A DNA stretch of 64,000 bases from a virus (lineage: Duplodnaviria > Caudoviricetes). This document shows, in pieces, positions 9,389-19,967 of this stretch; positions within the stretch are counted from its first letter, which is position 1; the number at the start of each line of letters is the position of its first letter. The stretch lies in IMG/VR virus record IMGVR_UViG_3300031994_000006, positions 32,001 through 96,000 of that record; one strand, 5' to 3'. Under the pieces are notes generated by a model. It saw only the letters and a list, made by a program, of their open reading frames with translations. It ran no database searches and was not told the origin of the DNA. Position numbers and translations under genes: made by a program.

Positions 9389-10871
9389 TGAAAAGCCTCC
9401 TTCCTCCGTTTATGTTGTCTATGAAATCCTCGAGCTCGCCCCATGAATTGCCCTGGAACTTGAGGTTGACGAGCCTTGAGCCGTCCCTCCACGTACTGGT
9501 GTTGATGATGGGGAACCTGGGATCGTATCCGAGCGACGGATCCTTGACCGCCTGTATAAGGTGCATCTTGGTCCTCTCGACCTCGCTCGGTATGAGCGAC
9601 TTGTCGGAGAACGCGGCCCATCCGGCGGCCGGATCATAGAGCACGCCGCCGGCGCCGGACGGCAGCGAGCCGACCAGGTCCCTGACGGGCACGCCCGGCC
9701 TCGGGACCTGCACCCATGAGGCGTCCAGCACCTGCTTGTACGGCTTGACAGGCTCGACGTTCATGTCGTCAGGGGTCCTCTTGACGACCTCCCTCACGAG
9801 ATCGTCGTCCTCCAGGTACATGTCGCCCACGCCGTTCCAGTCGACGGACGCGTCGATCTCGCCCTCGGCCGCGGCCTCTTCCCTGAAAGACCTCGCCTTC
9901 CAGAAACTGCCGGACAGCCATTCGGAGTCGTCCATGGCGTTATGGATGCGCTCGACCTCATGGGGCGTCCTGACGCCGTGCAGATGCTGCGTTATCTGCA
10001 CCGTGCCCGTGATGCCGAAGTCCGCGGCCATCTTCCTCTGACCGCAGTCCGTTATCGGATCGGACACGAGTCCGCGGGCCTGCTCATGGTTCGTCTTCCA
10101 GTTCTCCGCGAGCCTGCCCAGCAGCGCGACGGTCAGCAGCAGGACCTCGATAAGGTCCCAGAGCGCGGACATCGTCTCATTCAGCGTCACCTCGTCTCCG
10201 GTCTCGGTGCCCTCCTCGGTCGTCAGGTTCCTCGACAGCGCGTACAGGCCGGCCTCGGCGGCGGAAGAAGAGTCCGGCGATCCCATCACCGCGTTCCTGT
10301 CGAACATCTCGGGATCGTCCTTGAACGTCTGCCTGCCCTTCTTGAAGAACTGCCTGAGGGTCTTCCACTCGTCGGAAATCTGCCTGGCTCCCTGGAGCGC
10401 GGCCTGGCGTCCCTGGAAGCACAGCTGCCTGCAGTTGTCGAGGATGGGCATCACCTCGAGGGCGAACATGGCGTTCACGAGTGTCTCGCCCTCCTTCAGG
10501 TACAGCTCGGGCTGGCGTTTGAGCCAGTCCTTCAGCGCGGCCTTGTACGCGGCCTTCTCCTCGCCCTTCGCCTCACTGTACATCTTGTAGTACCTGACGG
10601 CGTCGGTGCACTGGGCCCACGCCTGCTCGACCGTGATACCGGTGGCCTTGTAGAACTCCTCGAGCACGATCTGGCGGGCGGCCTCCTCAAGCGACTTGAG
10701 GGTGTCGGCCGCCAGTTCCTCGAGCGAGGGTGCCATCGAGTCCTTGACATAGCGGATCTCCTCCCTGAGCGCGGCCTTCAGCCCGAGCCATTTCTCCCGG
10801 GCTATCATCTTCACGCTCTTGAGGCTCACCCTGTCCTTGTCTATCGGACGTGTCTTAGGGGATGCAGGCAT
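9369..10871 (-). CDS. Hypothetical protein, 500 aa
   Basis: Long ORF in an operon-like minus-strand run. Confidence 0.8.
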   Translation of the reverse strand: MPASPKTRPIDKDRVSLKSVKMIAREKWLGLKAALREEIRYVKDSMAPSLEELAADTLKSLEEAARQIVLEEFYKATGITVEQAWAQCTDAVRYYKMYSEAKGEEKAAYKAALKDWLKRQPELYLKEGETLVNAMFALEVMPILDNCRQLCFQGRQAALQGARQISDEWKTLRQFFKKGRQTFKDDPEMFDRNAVMGSPDSSSAAEAGLYALSRNLTTEEGTETGDEVTLNETMSALWDLIEVLLLTVALLGRLAENWKTNHEQARGLVSDPITDCGQRKMAADFGITGTVQITQHLHGVRTPHEVERIHNAMDDSEWLSGSFWKARSFREEAAAEGEIDASVDWNGVGDMYLEDDDLVREVVKRTPDDMNVEPVKPYKQVLDASWVQVPRPGVPVRDLVGSLPSGAGGVLYDPAAGWAAFSDKSLIPSEVERTKMHLIQAVKDPSLGYDPRFPIINTSTWRDGSRLVNLKFQGNSWGELEDFIDNINGGRRLFNAADYG

Positions 10872-10888
10872 GGATTATCTATCGGCCG

Positions 10889-11602
10889 TCAGATTATTAT
10901 CTCCTTTTCGAAGTCGGGGATCTCCGGGAATCCGCTTGTATCCTTCTCCTTGATGTAGCATGTCCTGGTCACCCAGTAGGCGTCGCACAGGTCGTCGACA
11001 CACTCTATCCAGGCGGTCTTGGCGATGAGCCTCCTGTTACGGACCGCCTGTGTGAACGGGTGCCCGGACGGCCCGTTCTGTCCGAACCTCTCAATCATGG
11101 GATCCTTGAGCGACCTGAACGCCTTGCCGGCGCATCCGGCCACGGACTTCATCGTCGTCGGACTGTACGTGAACAGGTCGTCGGCCAGGCCGAGCCTCAT
11201 GAGCCCGGCGAGGAACACCCCCTTGTATGTGGCGAGGTTCGTCACGGCGTCGCCCTTGGAGCCGAACGACAGGCCCTCCGACGCGACATAGAGCAGGTCG
11301 CCGTCGTTCTTGCGGGCCGACAGCCATCCGTTGATTATGTCGGCGAGGTCCATCGCCCTTCTGATATGGGCCTTGACGGTCTCGGTCGAGCCCTCCGCGA
11401 CGTGCGACACGGGCTCGAGATTCCTGCTGCGGCAGCTGACGCCGCATCCGGCGTACTTGGCGGCCGCCGGCTTCTTGATATCCTGCGGCCAGCAGATGAA
11501 GTCGTAGCTGACGCCCGCGACGGCGTCTATTGTGGCAAGGCAGCATGCGGGCTTGGCGACTGAGAAGTCGAAGCCGGCTATCATGAACTTTCCTTTCGGC
11601 AT
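10889..11602 (-). CDS. RuvC-like Holliday junction resolvase
   Basis: IAGFDFS, VASEGLSFGSKG, YSPTTMK and DDLCDAYW match the RuvC-fold catalytic D/E/D/D pattern. Confidence 0.8.
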   Translation of the reverse strand: MPKGKFMIAGFDFSVAKPACCLATIDAVAGVSYDFICWPQDIKKPAAAKYAGCGVSCRSRNLEPVSHVAEGSTETVKAHIRRAMDLADIINGWLSARKNDGDLLYVASEGLSFGSKGDAVTNLATYKGVFLAGLMRLGLADDLFTYSPTTMKSVAGCAGKAFRSLKDPMIERFGQNGPSGHPFTQAVRNRRLIAKTAWIECVDDLCDAYWVTRTCYIKEKDTSGFPEIPDFEKEIII

Positions 11603-11619
11603 ACGGTAAAATGTGTTTT

Positions 11620-12096
11620 TCAGAAGGGCAGGCCGTCGCCGAGGTCGAGCAGCGACTTCTGTACGGGCCTGTACTCGGGCAGGACGATAGTCTCACATGA
11701 ATAAGGGAACGAGCGGTCGCCCATCTCCTCCCATATGGGATCGGAGTCCTTCGCGGACCAGAGCCCTGAGACGGCGAGTCCCCGGGGCGTCGCGTCCTTG
11801 ACGGCCTGTATGAGCGGCCTCGGACACTGTCTTCCGCTGTACCATCCGGCGGACGCCGTATTGTTCGTATAGACGGTGCATGTGTCGCCCTCGTTGACGG
11901 GACGGAGCGATCCTATCTTCGACAGCCCCCATGCGACGGCGGCTATCTCGCAGTTGTACTGATCCGGCAGGACGTCCGAGTCCGGGTATACCGGGCCGTT
12001 CCACTGACGGAAGCCGTATGCTATGCGCCTGCCCTCCTTGTCAATGACGATGCACAGCGAGTTGTTGTCACGTCCCTTTGCGTAAATCCTGAACAT
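11620..12096 (-). CDS. RNase H-like protein, apparently lacking catalytic Asp residues
   Basis: Likely start MFRIYAKG at 12096. YNCEIAAVAWGL and CTVYTNN correspond to RNase HI NN.AEL.A and VYTDS. Confidence 0.5.
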   Translation of the reverse strand: MFRIYAKGRDNNSLCIVIDKEGRRIAYGFRQWNGPVYPDSDVLPDQYNCEIAAVAWGLSKIGSLRPVNEGDTCTVYTNNTASAGWYSGRQCPRPLIQAVKDATPRGLAVSGLWSAKDSDPIWEEMGDRSFPYSCETIVLPEYRPVQKSLLDLGDGLPF

Positions 12097-12127
12097 AAAA
12101 TATCGAAACCTGTTGTTTTTGGCCGGA

Positions 12128-12135
12128 TATTTATC
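12128..12135 (-). promoter_or_regulatory. Late-promoter-like GATAAATA
   Basis: 31 nt upstream of the 12096 start; heads the minus-strand run 12096 to 5643. Confidence 0.55.
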
Positions 12136-12239
12136 CTGGTTTTCCGGACGGGCCGGATCTGTCCCGTCATACATTAAACGCATGAACATCATGTGTGTCA
12201 CGCGCACGCGCGAGCCTAACCTTGACTTTTCTGAACCTT

Positions 12240-12291
12240 CACGTGTGCATGCACATGCATACACGTGCACACGCATGCGCACACGTGCACA
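12240..12291. repeat. 52-bp perfect alternating purine-pyrimidine tract
   Basis: cacgtgtgcatgcacatgcatacacgtgcacacgcatgcgcacacgtgcaca. Confidence 0.9.
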
Positions 12292-12439
12292 ATCCATCGC
12301 CCAACCACCGGGCGATGCCCTAAACTGGTAAAGTGGAACACTCCTACCTCACCCTCCCGAAATCCCCCATCGGGGTGGACTGATGTTTAATCAGTTCATC
12401 TGATTTATCAATTTCCCCGAGCGCGCGCCCACGCGTAGG

Positions 12440-12620
12440 GTTTGTAATTTATTGGAAATCAAATAGTTAGGATGTAAGATTTTTCTATTTTGCAATATCT
12501 AAAGTTTGCAAATAAAATAGTTAAAAAAATCTAATTTTATGAAAATCTGTGAAAATATATAAAAATTCGTTAATTCAATAAGCTTTTTAAATACTTTTGC
12601 AAACAACTGCAAATTCAAAT
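12440..12620. other. Very AT-rich non-coding tract (candidate unwinding element or origin)
   Basis: Lies between divergent transcription units; contains tttgcaa repeats; strongly AT-rich against the genome background. Confidence 0.45.
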
Positions 12621-12735
12621 GGAAGGTAATCCGGCTCCGGATATGCCGTTCAAGGCTTTCAGGCGTTATATGATAGATATGACGGCCCGTCATAGGGCCT
12701 GTTGACCTATTGAAATTATACTGATTGACTAATTT

Positions 12736-14385
12736 ATGATTTATGCTGACATAACAGACGACGGAAAGTTCCTCACCCTTACAGGGATGACGATGACGGA
12801 GCTCAAGCAGCTTCAGATTTCGTTTACCAAGGAACTTGACGATGCATGGCTGATAAAGAAGAAGACCCCCTGGGCCGCGTTCGAGACGAAGTTCATGAAC
12901 GACTACGGCATGATACCGGCCGGACTGTGGCTTGAGCTCGTCAAGATAAGCCGCAGGTGGTCGCTTCCGCTCGATTTCAGCCCGAAGGCTGTCAGCATGC
13001 TCGTGGATCAGTCCGTCAGCGAGCAGGTGTTCAAGAACTACTGCAGCATGCTGTTCGAGGACGCCAGAGACGGCGAGGGCCATCCGGTCACGCTCCGCGA
13101 CTATCAGATAGACGGCGTGTTCAATCTCGTCAAATACCGCAAGGCCTGCCTGGAGATCACCACCTCAGGCGGCAAGACTCTCATGGCCTACATCCTCTTC
13201 AGGTTCCTCCGTGACGTAATGAACGTCAAGAGGCTCCTGTATATCGTGCCTAACAAGAACCTGGCGACGCAGTCGGCCGAGGCGTTCGACAAATATGAGA
13301 AGTGGACGCACAGCGACCATTCATGGACGAGCGTGGCCCTCGCGTCCGGTACCAAGAAGAAGGATCGCAGGTTTTCGAGTGAGTGTACGGTGCTGTTCGC
13401 GACGTTCCAGACGCTCAACAATAAGGACATGCAGTTCTTCCAGTCGTTCGACGCCGTATTCGTCGACGAGTGTCATCATGCACAGGCGAACTCCATTAAG
13501 AAGATATTGACGATGTGCACCGGCGCCAGTTATGTGTTCGGCATGACCGGCACGTTCCCAAAAGAGGACTCACATGACAGATTCCTTATCGAGTCCTTCA
13601 TAGGCCCGCACGTGTTCACGCTCGAGTCGTTCCAGCTCATACAGGAAATCGGCGGCGCCTGCCCGGTGGTCGTCGTGGAGGAGCTGCTCGACTGGGCGTC
13701 GACAGATGACAAGAAGGCCCTGTACGAGATCAGGAAGACCGCGGCCGGCCAGGACCTCGGCACCAAGCTCCTTCGTCAGGAGCAGGACTTCGTCAACGGC
13801 AATCCCGACCGCCTGTACTATATCTGCAACCAGGCCATCAAGGCGAAGGGCAACTGCATGATACTGTTCGGCGACGTCAACATCGGCAAATACGGTCATA
13901 AGGTGTGTGAATACATCAAGGACAACTCGGACAAGAACGTCTACTATGCAGATGGCTCTACACCTGTCCGTAACCGTGAGATCTATAATGACCTGCTTGA
14001 GAACGATGTCTCCGGCAATACGATTATCGTGGCGTCCATCTATACATACGGAGAGGGTATCGACCTGCACAACCTGTACTCCATATTCCTCGTGAATTCC
14101 CTGAAGAGCGAGAAGCAGCTGCGCCAGATACTCGGCCGCGGCATGCGACTCTATACGAATCCGGAAACCGGCGAGGAGAAGAAGATGGTCGTGCTGTTCG
14201 ACTTCGTGGACGACCTGAGGTACGGCAAGAAGGACGACTCGCCCTGGAGGACCAACAACTACCTCTGGCGGCATCATGAGGAAAGGCATCAGATCTACGT
14301 CGACCATAAGTTCCCGGTATACCAGCGCGAGGTCAAGCTGGGATACCAGGCGGCCAGGTCCGCCAAGGGAATAGATATGTCATGA
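12736..14385 (+). CDS. uvsW: UvsW-like SF2 DNA helicase
   Basis: LRDYQ, TSGGKT, VDECH, GMTGT, EGIDL and QILGRGMR motifs. Confidence 0.9.
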   Translation: MIYADITDDGKFLTLTGMTMTELKQLQISFTKELDDAWLIKKKTPWAAFETKFMNDYGMIPAGLWLELVKISRRWSLPLDFSPKAVSMLVDQSVSEQVFKNYCSMLFEDARDGEGHPVTLRDYQIDGVFNLVKYRKACLEITTSGGKTLMAYILFRFLRDVMNVKRLLYIVPNKNLATQSAEAFDKYEKWTHSDHSWTSVALASGTKKKDRRFSSECTVLFATFQTLNNKDMQFFQSFDAVFVDECHHAQANSIKKILTMCTGASYVFGMTGTFPKEDSHDRFLIESFIGPHVFTLESFQLIQEIGGACPVVVVEELLDWASTDDKKALYEIRKTAAGQDLGTKLLRQEQDFVNGNPDRLYYICNQAIKAKGNCMILFGDVNIGKYGHKVCEYIKDNSDKNVYYADGSTPVRNREIYNDLLENDVSGNTIIVASIYTYGEGIDLHNLYSIFLVNSLKSEKQLRQILGRGMRLYTNPETGEEKKMVVLFDFVDDLRYGKKDDSPWRTNNYLWRHHEERHQIYVDHKFPVYQREVKLGYQAARSAKGIDMS

Positions 14386-17300
14386 AGATCGATTTTGACA
14401 TTAAGAAAACCGTTAAGGAGGCCTTCAGGGCCGGCAACCGGGCCCGTAAGAAGGAGGCCGTCGCCGATACCGTCGAATCAGTCGACAAACTGCAGCAACA
14501 GATTGACAGATTCAGGGAGCAGACCGGATATAAACTTGAAATCAGGAACGGCAGGCCCTATTATGATAACTTTATAGATCTTGAGAACTGTACCGATCTG
14601 ACGGAACTGCCTGACGGCCTGACGGTCAAGAACTATCTCTGTATCAACGGATGTACCGGACTGATGAAGCTGCCGGACAATATGACCGTCGGCCGCGATT
14701 TCTATCTTAATGACTGTGTTAACCTGACATCGCTGCCTCACGGCCTTACCGTCAAAGGCAGTATGTATCTCAAGAACTGTAACGGCCTGACTTCATTTCC
14801 GGCGGATTTGACTATTACCGGATTTTCGATTTACAGGGTTCCTGAGAGCCTTTTCCCGTTTTTCGAGAGCATCGGTGTCGAGGTCCGGTTTATCGGCGGT
14901 ATCCATACGATAGACGCGAAAGACTGGATGGACAGGCGTCATATGGTCAATGAGGCGTTCAAGGCCGGCAACAGGGCCCGTAAGAAGGAGTCCGTTCATG
15001 ATTCGGTATCTGACATACACGATGACGAACCTGTGACGGATGCCGCCGCGGCCGCTGATTTCCTCCGCAATCTCAATAAGAGATTCCCGGGCGTCACCAG
15101 GTTCAAGGATGACCGGTATGAGTCCACATATGTCGAGTTCGCCGTATGGGACGTGAATCATCAGGATACCATGTGGTTCTCGTTCTGGAGGGATTCAGCT
15201 AACCTGGCGGCAGACAGCTGCCTGGATCCTGCCGTTACGCTGATGATATGGTCGGAGGCCGTCGTCAAGGGCGTGCGCGGCCACTGGAAAGGCTATAATG
15301 ACAAGGAGGCTATCCGTGAGAACTATGTCAAAATGCTGCAGGAGTCCGGACTCCCTATCGACATGGCCGACGTCGAGGCACGCCGCAAGCCGAGGCTCAG
15401 GCTGACCAGCAATTCTCTGGCGAGGCTTGCCGCATATGTCGCCCGTCAGGCCGAGATGCAGATCATGGCGCCGCTGGGCAAGGCGTTCCAGCTCGAGGAG
15501 GCGTTCAAGGCAGGTAACAGGGCGAGGAAGAAGGAGTCCGCCCAGGATACGGTCAAGTCCGCCGACGCATACTTCAATTCGGAAAGCATTGACGAGCTTG
15601 ACTCGTTCATCCGGATGGTATGGAAATCCGTATGCGGCGATACCGATATCGACGCGCCTTGTATGGACAATGATCATTATGACAGCGAGGCCGGGATATG
15701 GTGGGGACCGCTGAAATTCCATCTTGAATCCGGGAATATAAAATACCGTATATGTTTCCTGAAGACCGCCGATATACAGGCGTTTAACAAGGCGTTCAAC
15801 AAGGCCGGCGAATCGAATGACGAGTTTGGTCAGGAATGCCCTGCCAAATGGGCGTTCGACATGCATGTCCAGATCGGCGATGAGATGGCGTCTGTCAGAC
15901 TCTACAGGATCGAGCCGTATTCAAAGTACAGCAATACGAATGTGGTGACCTATCCGGTAGGGGTGCCGCAGCTGACAGAGGCATTCAGCGTCCTCAGGCT
16001 GATTTATTCACGAGGTATCCATACCAGGGAGCATGAGGCCGGATGGAGTACGCCGGGCAAGCAGGGCAGTTACTTCTACGCATGCAGCAGATTCTCCGTA
16101 CAGACATGGAGGAATCATATCCTGCCTATCGATGATCATGAGCAGCTGCAGAAGTATTTCACGGATACGGCCAGGGCCGTGTACTTCCGGGAATGCGACA
16201 GGTCGGTGGACGAGGCCTTTAAGGCCGGCAACCGCGCCCGTAAGAAGGAGTCCGTACAGGATGCCGTAGAGGCCCTGTCGTCATTGGAGTTCTATGTCCC
16301 GGCTATGAACGACATCCCCAAGACGGTGCTTGAGAAGGGATCCCCGGCGATTGAGTCGCTGTTCACCCGGAACGGATTCGGCATTCATGAGAAGAGCACA
16401 TACTTACATCCGAAGGAGGCCCTGTGGACCGTCAATATAGACGGCAGCCCGCGTAAGCATATATCGGTCGCATATGTGCAAAGGGGATCCGCAGGATGGG
16501 TGATGTTCCTGAAGATCGGATTCACCGTCATCAAGTGTCTGGTCATAAACAGTCCTGAATGGCTGGGATTCCTGAAGGATCTGACCAGTAAGGCCGATTT
16601 GTTCAGGCTGTATTTCTGGATGACCGGAGACGGCGGCGCCACGCAGGAGATGCGCGACCTGAAGCACAGATATATCGAACGCAGCAAGCCTGTCTACGGA
16701 AATGCTGTGAACCTGACGGAATTCTATGATGCTATATTGCTGCCGTTGATAGATCATTACGGTATCAATATGCCGGACTGTTGTATGTTCGCCGATACAG
16801 TCACGCCGGTTGACATGCTCAGGAAAACCCAGACATACGCCGACATCAGGGAATATATCTCAAAACTGGACGTCAATAATCTCGGCGAGGCCTTCAGGGC
16901 CGGCAACAGGGCCCGTAAGAAGGAGTCCGCCGCCGATACGGTCCAAGAGGTCGACAAGGATCTGAAGGATGAGGATATCGACAGGATTATTGACGATCTG
17001 TGCGGGAAATACCCGGATGTCGCGCATAAGAAGAACTATTATCATGCCTTCAACGGCGACGTCCTGGAGATATACGACGACGATGCGGACGACAATGCCG
17101 TACTGGTGTTCGAGTACCCGAGTGAGAAGGACGACGGAACCGTAAGGGTCCTCGTCTCTTCGTACAGGAGAGTCTATGCACAGGGATCCGAGGAGCAGAT
17201 TGACAAATCCTATAAAATCATCTGCGACAGGCTTATCGACGACAACGTCGATTCCGGGACGGTCACGGCCGACGACGACGGCTGTATGATATTCGAGCTG

Positions 17301-17870
17301 ACACCCGGGAACATCGCCGCGATATACAGGTACGCCGAGCTGTGTAACAGCCTGACGGAGGCATTCAGGGCCGGTAACAATGCACGTAAGAAGGAATCCG
17401 CACAGGATGCGGCCGAATCCGTCGACGGCATACCGTACCCTGATGATATCGGGAATCCCGTCAAAGTCGCCGAGTGCCTGATGAAGGTTGCGGAAACGGC
17501 CCTCGGTCGACCGGGACTGGCGGAGGCGACCGAAATAGAGGTAAACTTCCTGAATCATGAGAACGACGACAATATCGTCGCGTCCGTCGATACGACCATC
17601 AGCGGTGTGACACTGATACTGATAGTCAGGGGATTCAGTAAGGTGCGCGGCGACATACCCGTCAGCCCGTCCGGCGGCATATGCGTCGGCGGCATTATGG
17701 CGCCCAGGAAAGGGGATCCGCGTGAAGTCGGCCCTTCCGATCCGTCGTTCCGGCCGGGATTCAGGACGTCTACCGTCAGTTTCTGGCCGGTGTCCGACAT
17801 GGAGTGCTGGAAGTCGCTCGTCGGTAAATATGAGGAGGATCTCAGGGCCGTGACGGCGGCCTCAAAGTGA
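14382..17870 (+). CDS. Tag-delimited polyprotein B (1162 aa, 6 modules; module 1 is a 4-repeat LRR)
   Basis: Tags start at 14418, 14952, 15498, 16212, 16887 and 17358; leader MKIDFDIKKTVKE. Confidence 0.92.
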   Translation: MKIDFDIKKTVKEAFRAGNRARKKEAVADTVESVDKLQQQIDRFREQTGYKLEIRNGRPYYDNFIDLENCTDLTELPDGLTVKNYLCINGCTGLMKLPDNMTVGRDFYLNDCVNLTSLPHGLTVKGSMYLKNCNGLTSFPADLTITGFSIYRVPESLFPFFESIGVEVRFIGGIHTIDAKDWMDRRHMVNEAFKAGNRARKKESVHDSVSDIHDDEPVTDAAAAADFLRNLNKRFPGVTRFKDDRYESTYVEFAVWDVNHQDTMWFSFWRDSANLAADSCLDPAVTLMIWSEAVVKGVRGHWKGYNDKEAIRENYVKMLQESGLPIDMADVEARRKPRLRLTSNSLARLAAYVARQAEMQIMAPLGKAFQLEEAFKAGNRARKKESAQDTVKSADAYFNSESIDELDSFIRMVWKSVCGDTDIDAPCMDNDHYDSEAGIWWGPLKFHLESGNIKYRICFLKTADIQAFNKAFNKAGESNDEFGQECPAKWAFDMHVQIGDEMASVRLYRIEPYSKYSNTNVVTYPVGVPQLTEAFSVLRLIYSRGIHTREHEAGWSTPGKQGSYFYACSRFSVQTWRNHILPIDDHEQLQKYFTDTARAVYFRECDRSVDEAFKAGNRARKKESVQDAVEALSSLEFYVPAMNDIPKTVLEKGSPAIESLFTRNGFGIHEKSTYLHPKEALWTVNIDGSPRKHISVAYVQRGSAGWVMFLKIGFTVIKCLVINSPEWLGFLKDLTSKADLFRLYFWMTGDGGATQEMRDLKHRYIERSKPVYGNAVNLTEFYDAILLPLIDHYGINMPDCCMFADTVTPVDMLRKTQTYADIREYISKLDVNNLGEAFRAGNRARKKESAADTVQEVDKDLKDEDIDRIIDDLCGKYPDVAHKKNYYHAFNGDVLEIYDDDADDNAVLVFEYPSEKDDGTVRVLVSSYRRVYAQGSEEQIDKSYKIICDRLIDDNVDSGTVTADDDGCMIFELTPGNIAAIYRYAELCNSLTEAFRAGNNARKKESAQDAAESVDGIPYPDDIGNPVKVAECLMKVAETALGRPGLAEATEIEVNFLNHENDDNIVASVDTTISGVTLILIVRGFSKVRGDIPVSPSGGICVGGIMAPRKGDPREVGPSDPSFRPGFRTSTVSFWPVSDMECWKSLVGKYEEDLRAVTAASK
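14418..17399 (+). repeat. Coding tag repeats x6
   Basis: 42-nt in-frame copies with synonymous variation; modules of 178, 182, 238, 225, 157 and 170 aa. Confidence 0.95.
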
Positions 17871-17884
17871 ACAGTTGACCGAAA

Positions 17885-18538
17885 ATGACAATCAAGGAAG
17901 AGAAGAAGGAACTTGAGGCGCTGCTCAGGACGTCGGCGCCGCAGGCGCCTGCGGGAGGACAGCAGGTCCAGTACGGGCCGGACGTCGATCCGATGGAGGA
18001 GCTCGAGCCCGAGCCGCTGTTCGAGATTGACTATGACAAGATACAGAGGCAGCTCGCCAGGAAGGCGCGCGAGTCCGTGAAGAGGATAGTCAGGTCGGTC
18101 ATCCGCAACCCGGAGTATGCGAACAGCGAGTTCGTACAGGACAAGATATCACAGGACGCCGAACAGCTCGGCAACCTGTACATGGAACAGTATCAGATCA
18201 ACCAGGTCAAGAGGTCGCTGATAGACACCATAGGAAAGGGTAACAACGCGCCCCGTATGTACGAGGTGTTCACCCAGGTGTCGAAGACGTACTCTGACAT
18301 ATCGAAGCAGATATCGGACTTTCAGATCTCGATGAAGGACAACTACGCGAAGATCAAGTTCGACATGATGGGCGAGGACGTCCCCAAGGTCAACGCGCTC
18401 GGTACCGCACAGGCCCCGCAGCTCGAGGACGGACAGGAGAAGGACCGGCACATCTTCATAGGCACCAAGGGCCTTGCCGACATGCTCAAGCAGGATAAGG
18501 TGAGGGCCCTTGAGACCGCCGAATACAAGGAGGCCTGA
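17885..18538 (+). CDS. Probable terminase small subunit (T4 gp16-like)
   Basis: APRMYEVFTQV...IFIGTKGLADML resembles the PRAYEV...FVGST.EL pattern of T4-like small terminases. Confidence 0.55.
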   Translation: MTIKEEKKELEALLRTSAPQAPAGGQQVQYGPDVDPMEELEPEPLFEIDYDKIQRQLARKARESVKRIVRSVIRNPEYANSEFVQDKISQDAEQLGNLYMEQYQINQVKRSLIDTIGKGNNAPRMYEVFTQVSKTYSDISKQISDFQISMKDNYAKIKFDMMGEDVPKVNALGTAQAPQLEDGQEKDRHIFIGTKGLADMLKQDKVRALETAEYKEA

Positions 18539-18633
18539 TCCGTCAGGGTCGGCCGCCTCCTTAAAATGAACTTATTGGAACAATGGGAGGCACCGGAGGT
18601 ATTCCGCTCCGCCGCAGGGTCCGCCCCGGCGGC

Positions 18634-18978
18634 ATGAAGAGGATTAACAGAATGCTCGAGGAAATCGACAGGGACTGCGAGCCCTGTCTGGGGGATATCC
18701 CCGTGGACACGGAGGCCTTGAGGCAGACCAGATGGCTGTGCGGACTCATGCCTGCCGACCAGCTGCCGAGGGTGAGGGTCGAGTCGAACGGACACGGTGG
18801 CGTGTCCGCGTGGTGGGAGAAGCCGGGCTATAAGGTCGGCATCGACCTCGGGGACGAGACCTGCTCCTGGTATATCGAGGATCACGGCAAGATGAAGGCA
18901 TCTGAGTCCTTCGTGCCTTATGAAAAGTCTCCGTTCACCCGGATAACGGGCATGATCGAGAACCTGTCCCGTATGTGA
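18634..18978 (+). CDS. Hypothetical protein
   Basis: Likely start MKRINRML; fits the plus-strand operon. Confidence 0.6.
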   Translation: MKRINRMLEEIDRDCEPCLGDIPVDTEALRQTRWLCGLMPADQLPRVRVESNGHGGVSAWWEKPGYKVGIDLGDETCSWYIEDHGKMKASESFVPYEKSPFTRITGMIENLSRM

Positions 18979-19007
18979 CTTCGGACGGCCCCCGGCGTTA
19001 AATTGTT

Positions 19008-19967
19008 ATGCCGAACATATACAAAGAACTGAGGGCCCCCCTTATCAAATGGTCGGGCAGCAAGCGGAAGCAGGCGCCGTACATCGTCAGTCTGTTCCCG
19101 AGAAGGATCAGCACCTATTATGAATGCTTCCTCGGCGGGGGATCGGTCCTGCACGAGGTCATGAACCGTGTCCTTGACGGCACCATGCGCGTCAGCAGAC
19201 TCGTCGGCTCCGATCTCAACAGCGACCTTATCGGTATATGGAGCCTTTTCAAGAAGGACCGTAACAGGCTGTTCGACTATTACGTCAGTGAGCATGAGGA
19301 ACTCAAGCGCCGCGGTGAGCCGGACATCACGCCGGACACCCGCGAGCAGTGCAACAAGTGCCAGCACTTCTACTATGAGGAACGTGAGCGTTTCAACAGG
19401 ATGGCCAAGACCGATCCGGAGCGTCCCATGCTGTTCTTCTGGCTGATGCGCACGTCGTTCAACGGACTGGTGCGCTATAACGGCAAGGGCGAGTTCAACT
19501 CGCCGTTCCATGTCGGCGGCAGGTTCGGCATCACGCCCGACATGCTCCGTCCCGTGTTCGACGAATGGGCGCGCTGCATCGGTTCGCTCAACGTCACCTT
19601 CGTCAATGACTCGTATGACAACGTCGTCGCTGCCGCCAGGCAGGGGGACCTGGTCTATATGGATCCGCCGTACGCCAATGTCGGCCCCATGTACTTCGCC
19701 GAGGGATTCGATCAGGATCACATGTTCGACGTGATGAGGTCGCTGACCGCAAGGGGCGTGAAGTTCGCTCTCAGCTATGACGGGAAGACAGGCGACAAGG
19801 ACACGACCGTCGCCATACCCCGTGACACATATCTTACTCATGAATACGTCTATTCGGGACAGTCGAGCTTCCGCAAGCTCGACCGTATCGATGTGACGGA
19901 GGTTCATGAGTCTCTCTATCTTAACTACACACCTGAGAAAAGACCGCAACAGACAAAACTTATCTGA
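19008..19967 (+). CDS. dam: DNA adenine methyltransferase (Dam/D12 class)
   Basis: IKWSGSK, YYECFLGGGSV, FNGLVRYN..GEFNSPF and YMDPPY. Confidence 0.92.
   Translation: MPNIYKELRAPLIKWSGSKRKQAPYIVSLFPRRISTYYECFLGGGSVLHEVMNRVLDGTMRVSRLVGSDLNSDLIGIWSLFKKDRNRLFDYYVSEHEELKRRGEPDITPDTREQCNKCQHFYYEERERFNRMAKTDPERPMLFFWLMRTSFNGLVRYNGKGEFNSPFHVGGRFGITPDMLRPVFDEWARCIGSLNVTFVNDSYDNVVAAARQGDLVYMDPPYANVGPMYFAEGFDQDHMFDVMRSLTARGVKFALSYDGKTGDKDTTVAIPRDTYLTHEYVYSGQSSFRKLDRIDVTEVHESLYLNYTPEKRPQQTKLI

Noticed and set aside
12097-12297. N-terminal extension of ORF 11620..12297 (MDCARVRMRVHVYACAC...)
   Set aside because: It is a translation of the RY tract; the start at 12096, just after a promoter-like motif, is more plausible.
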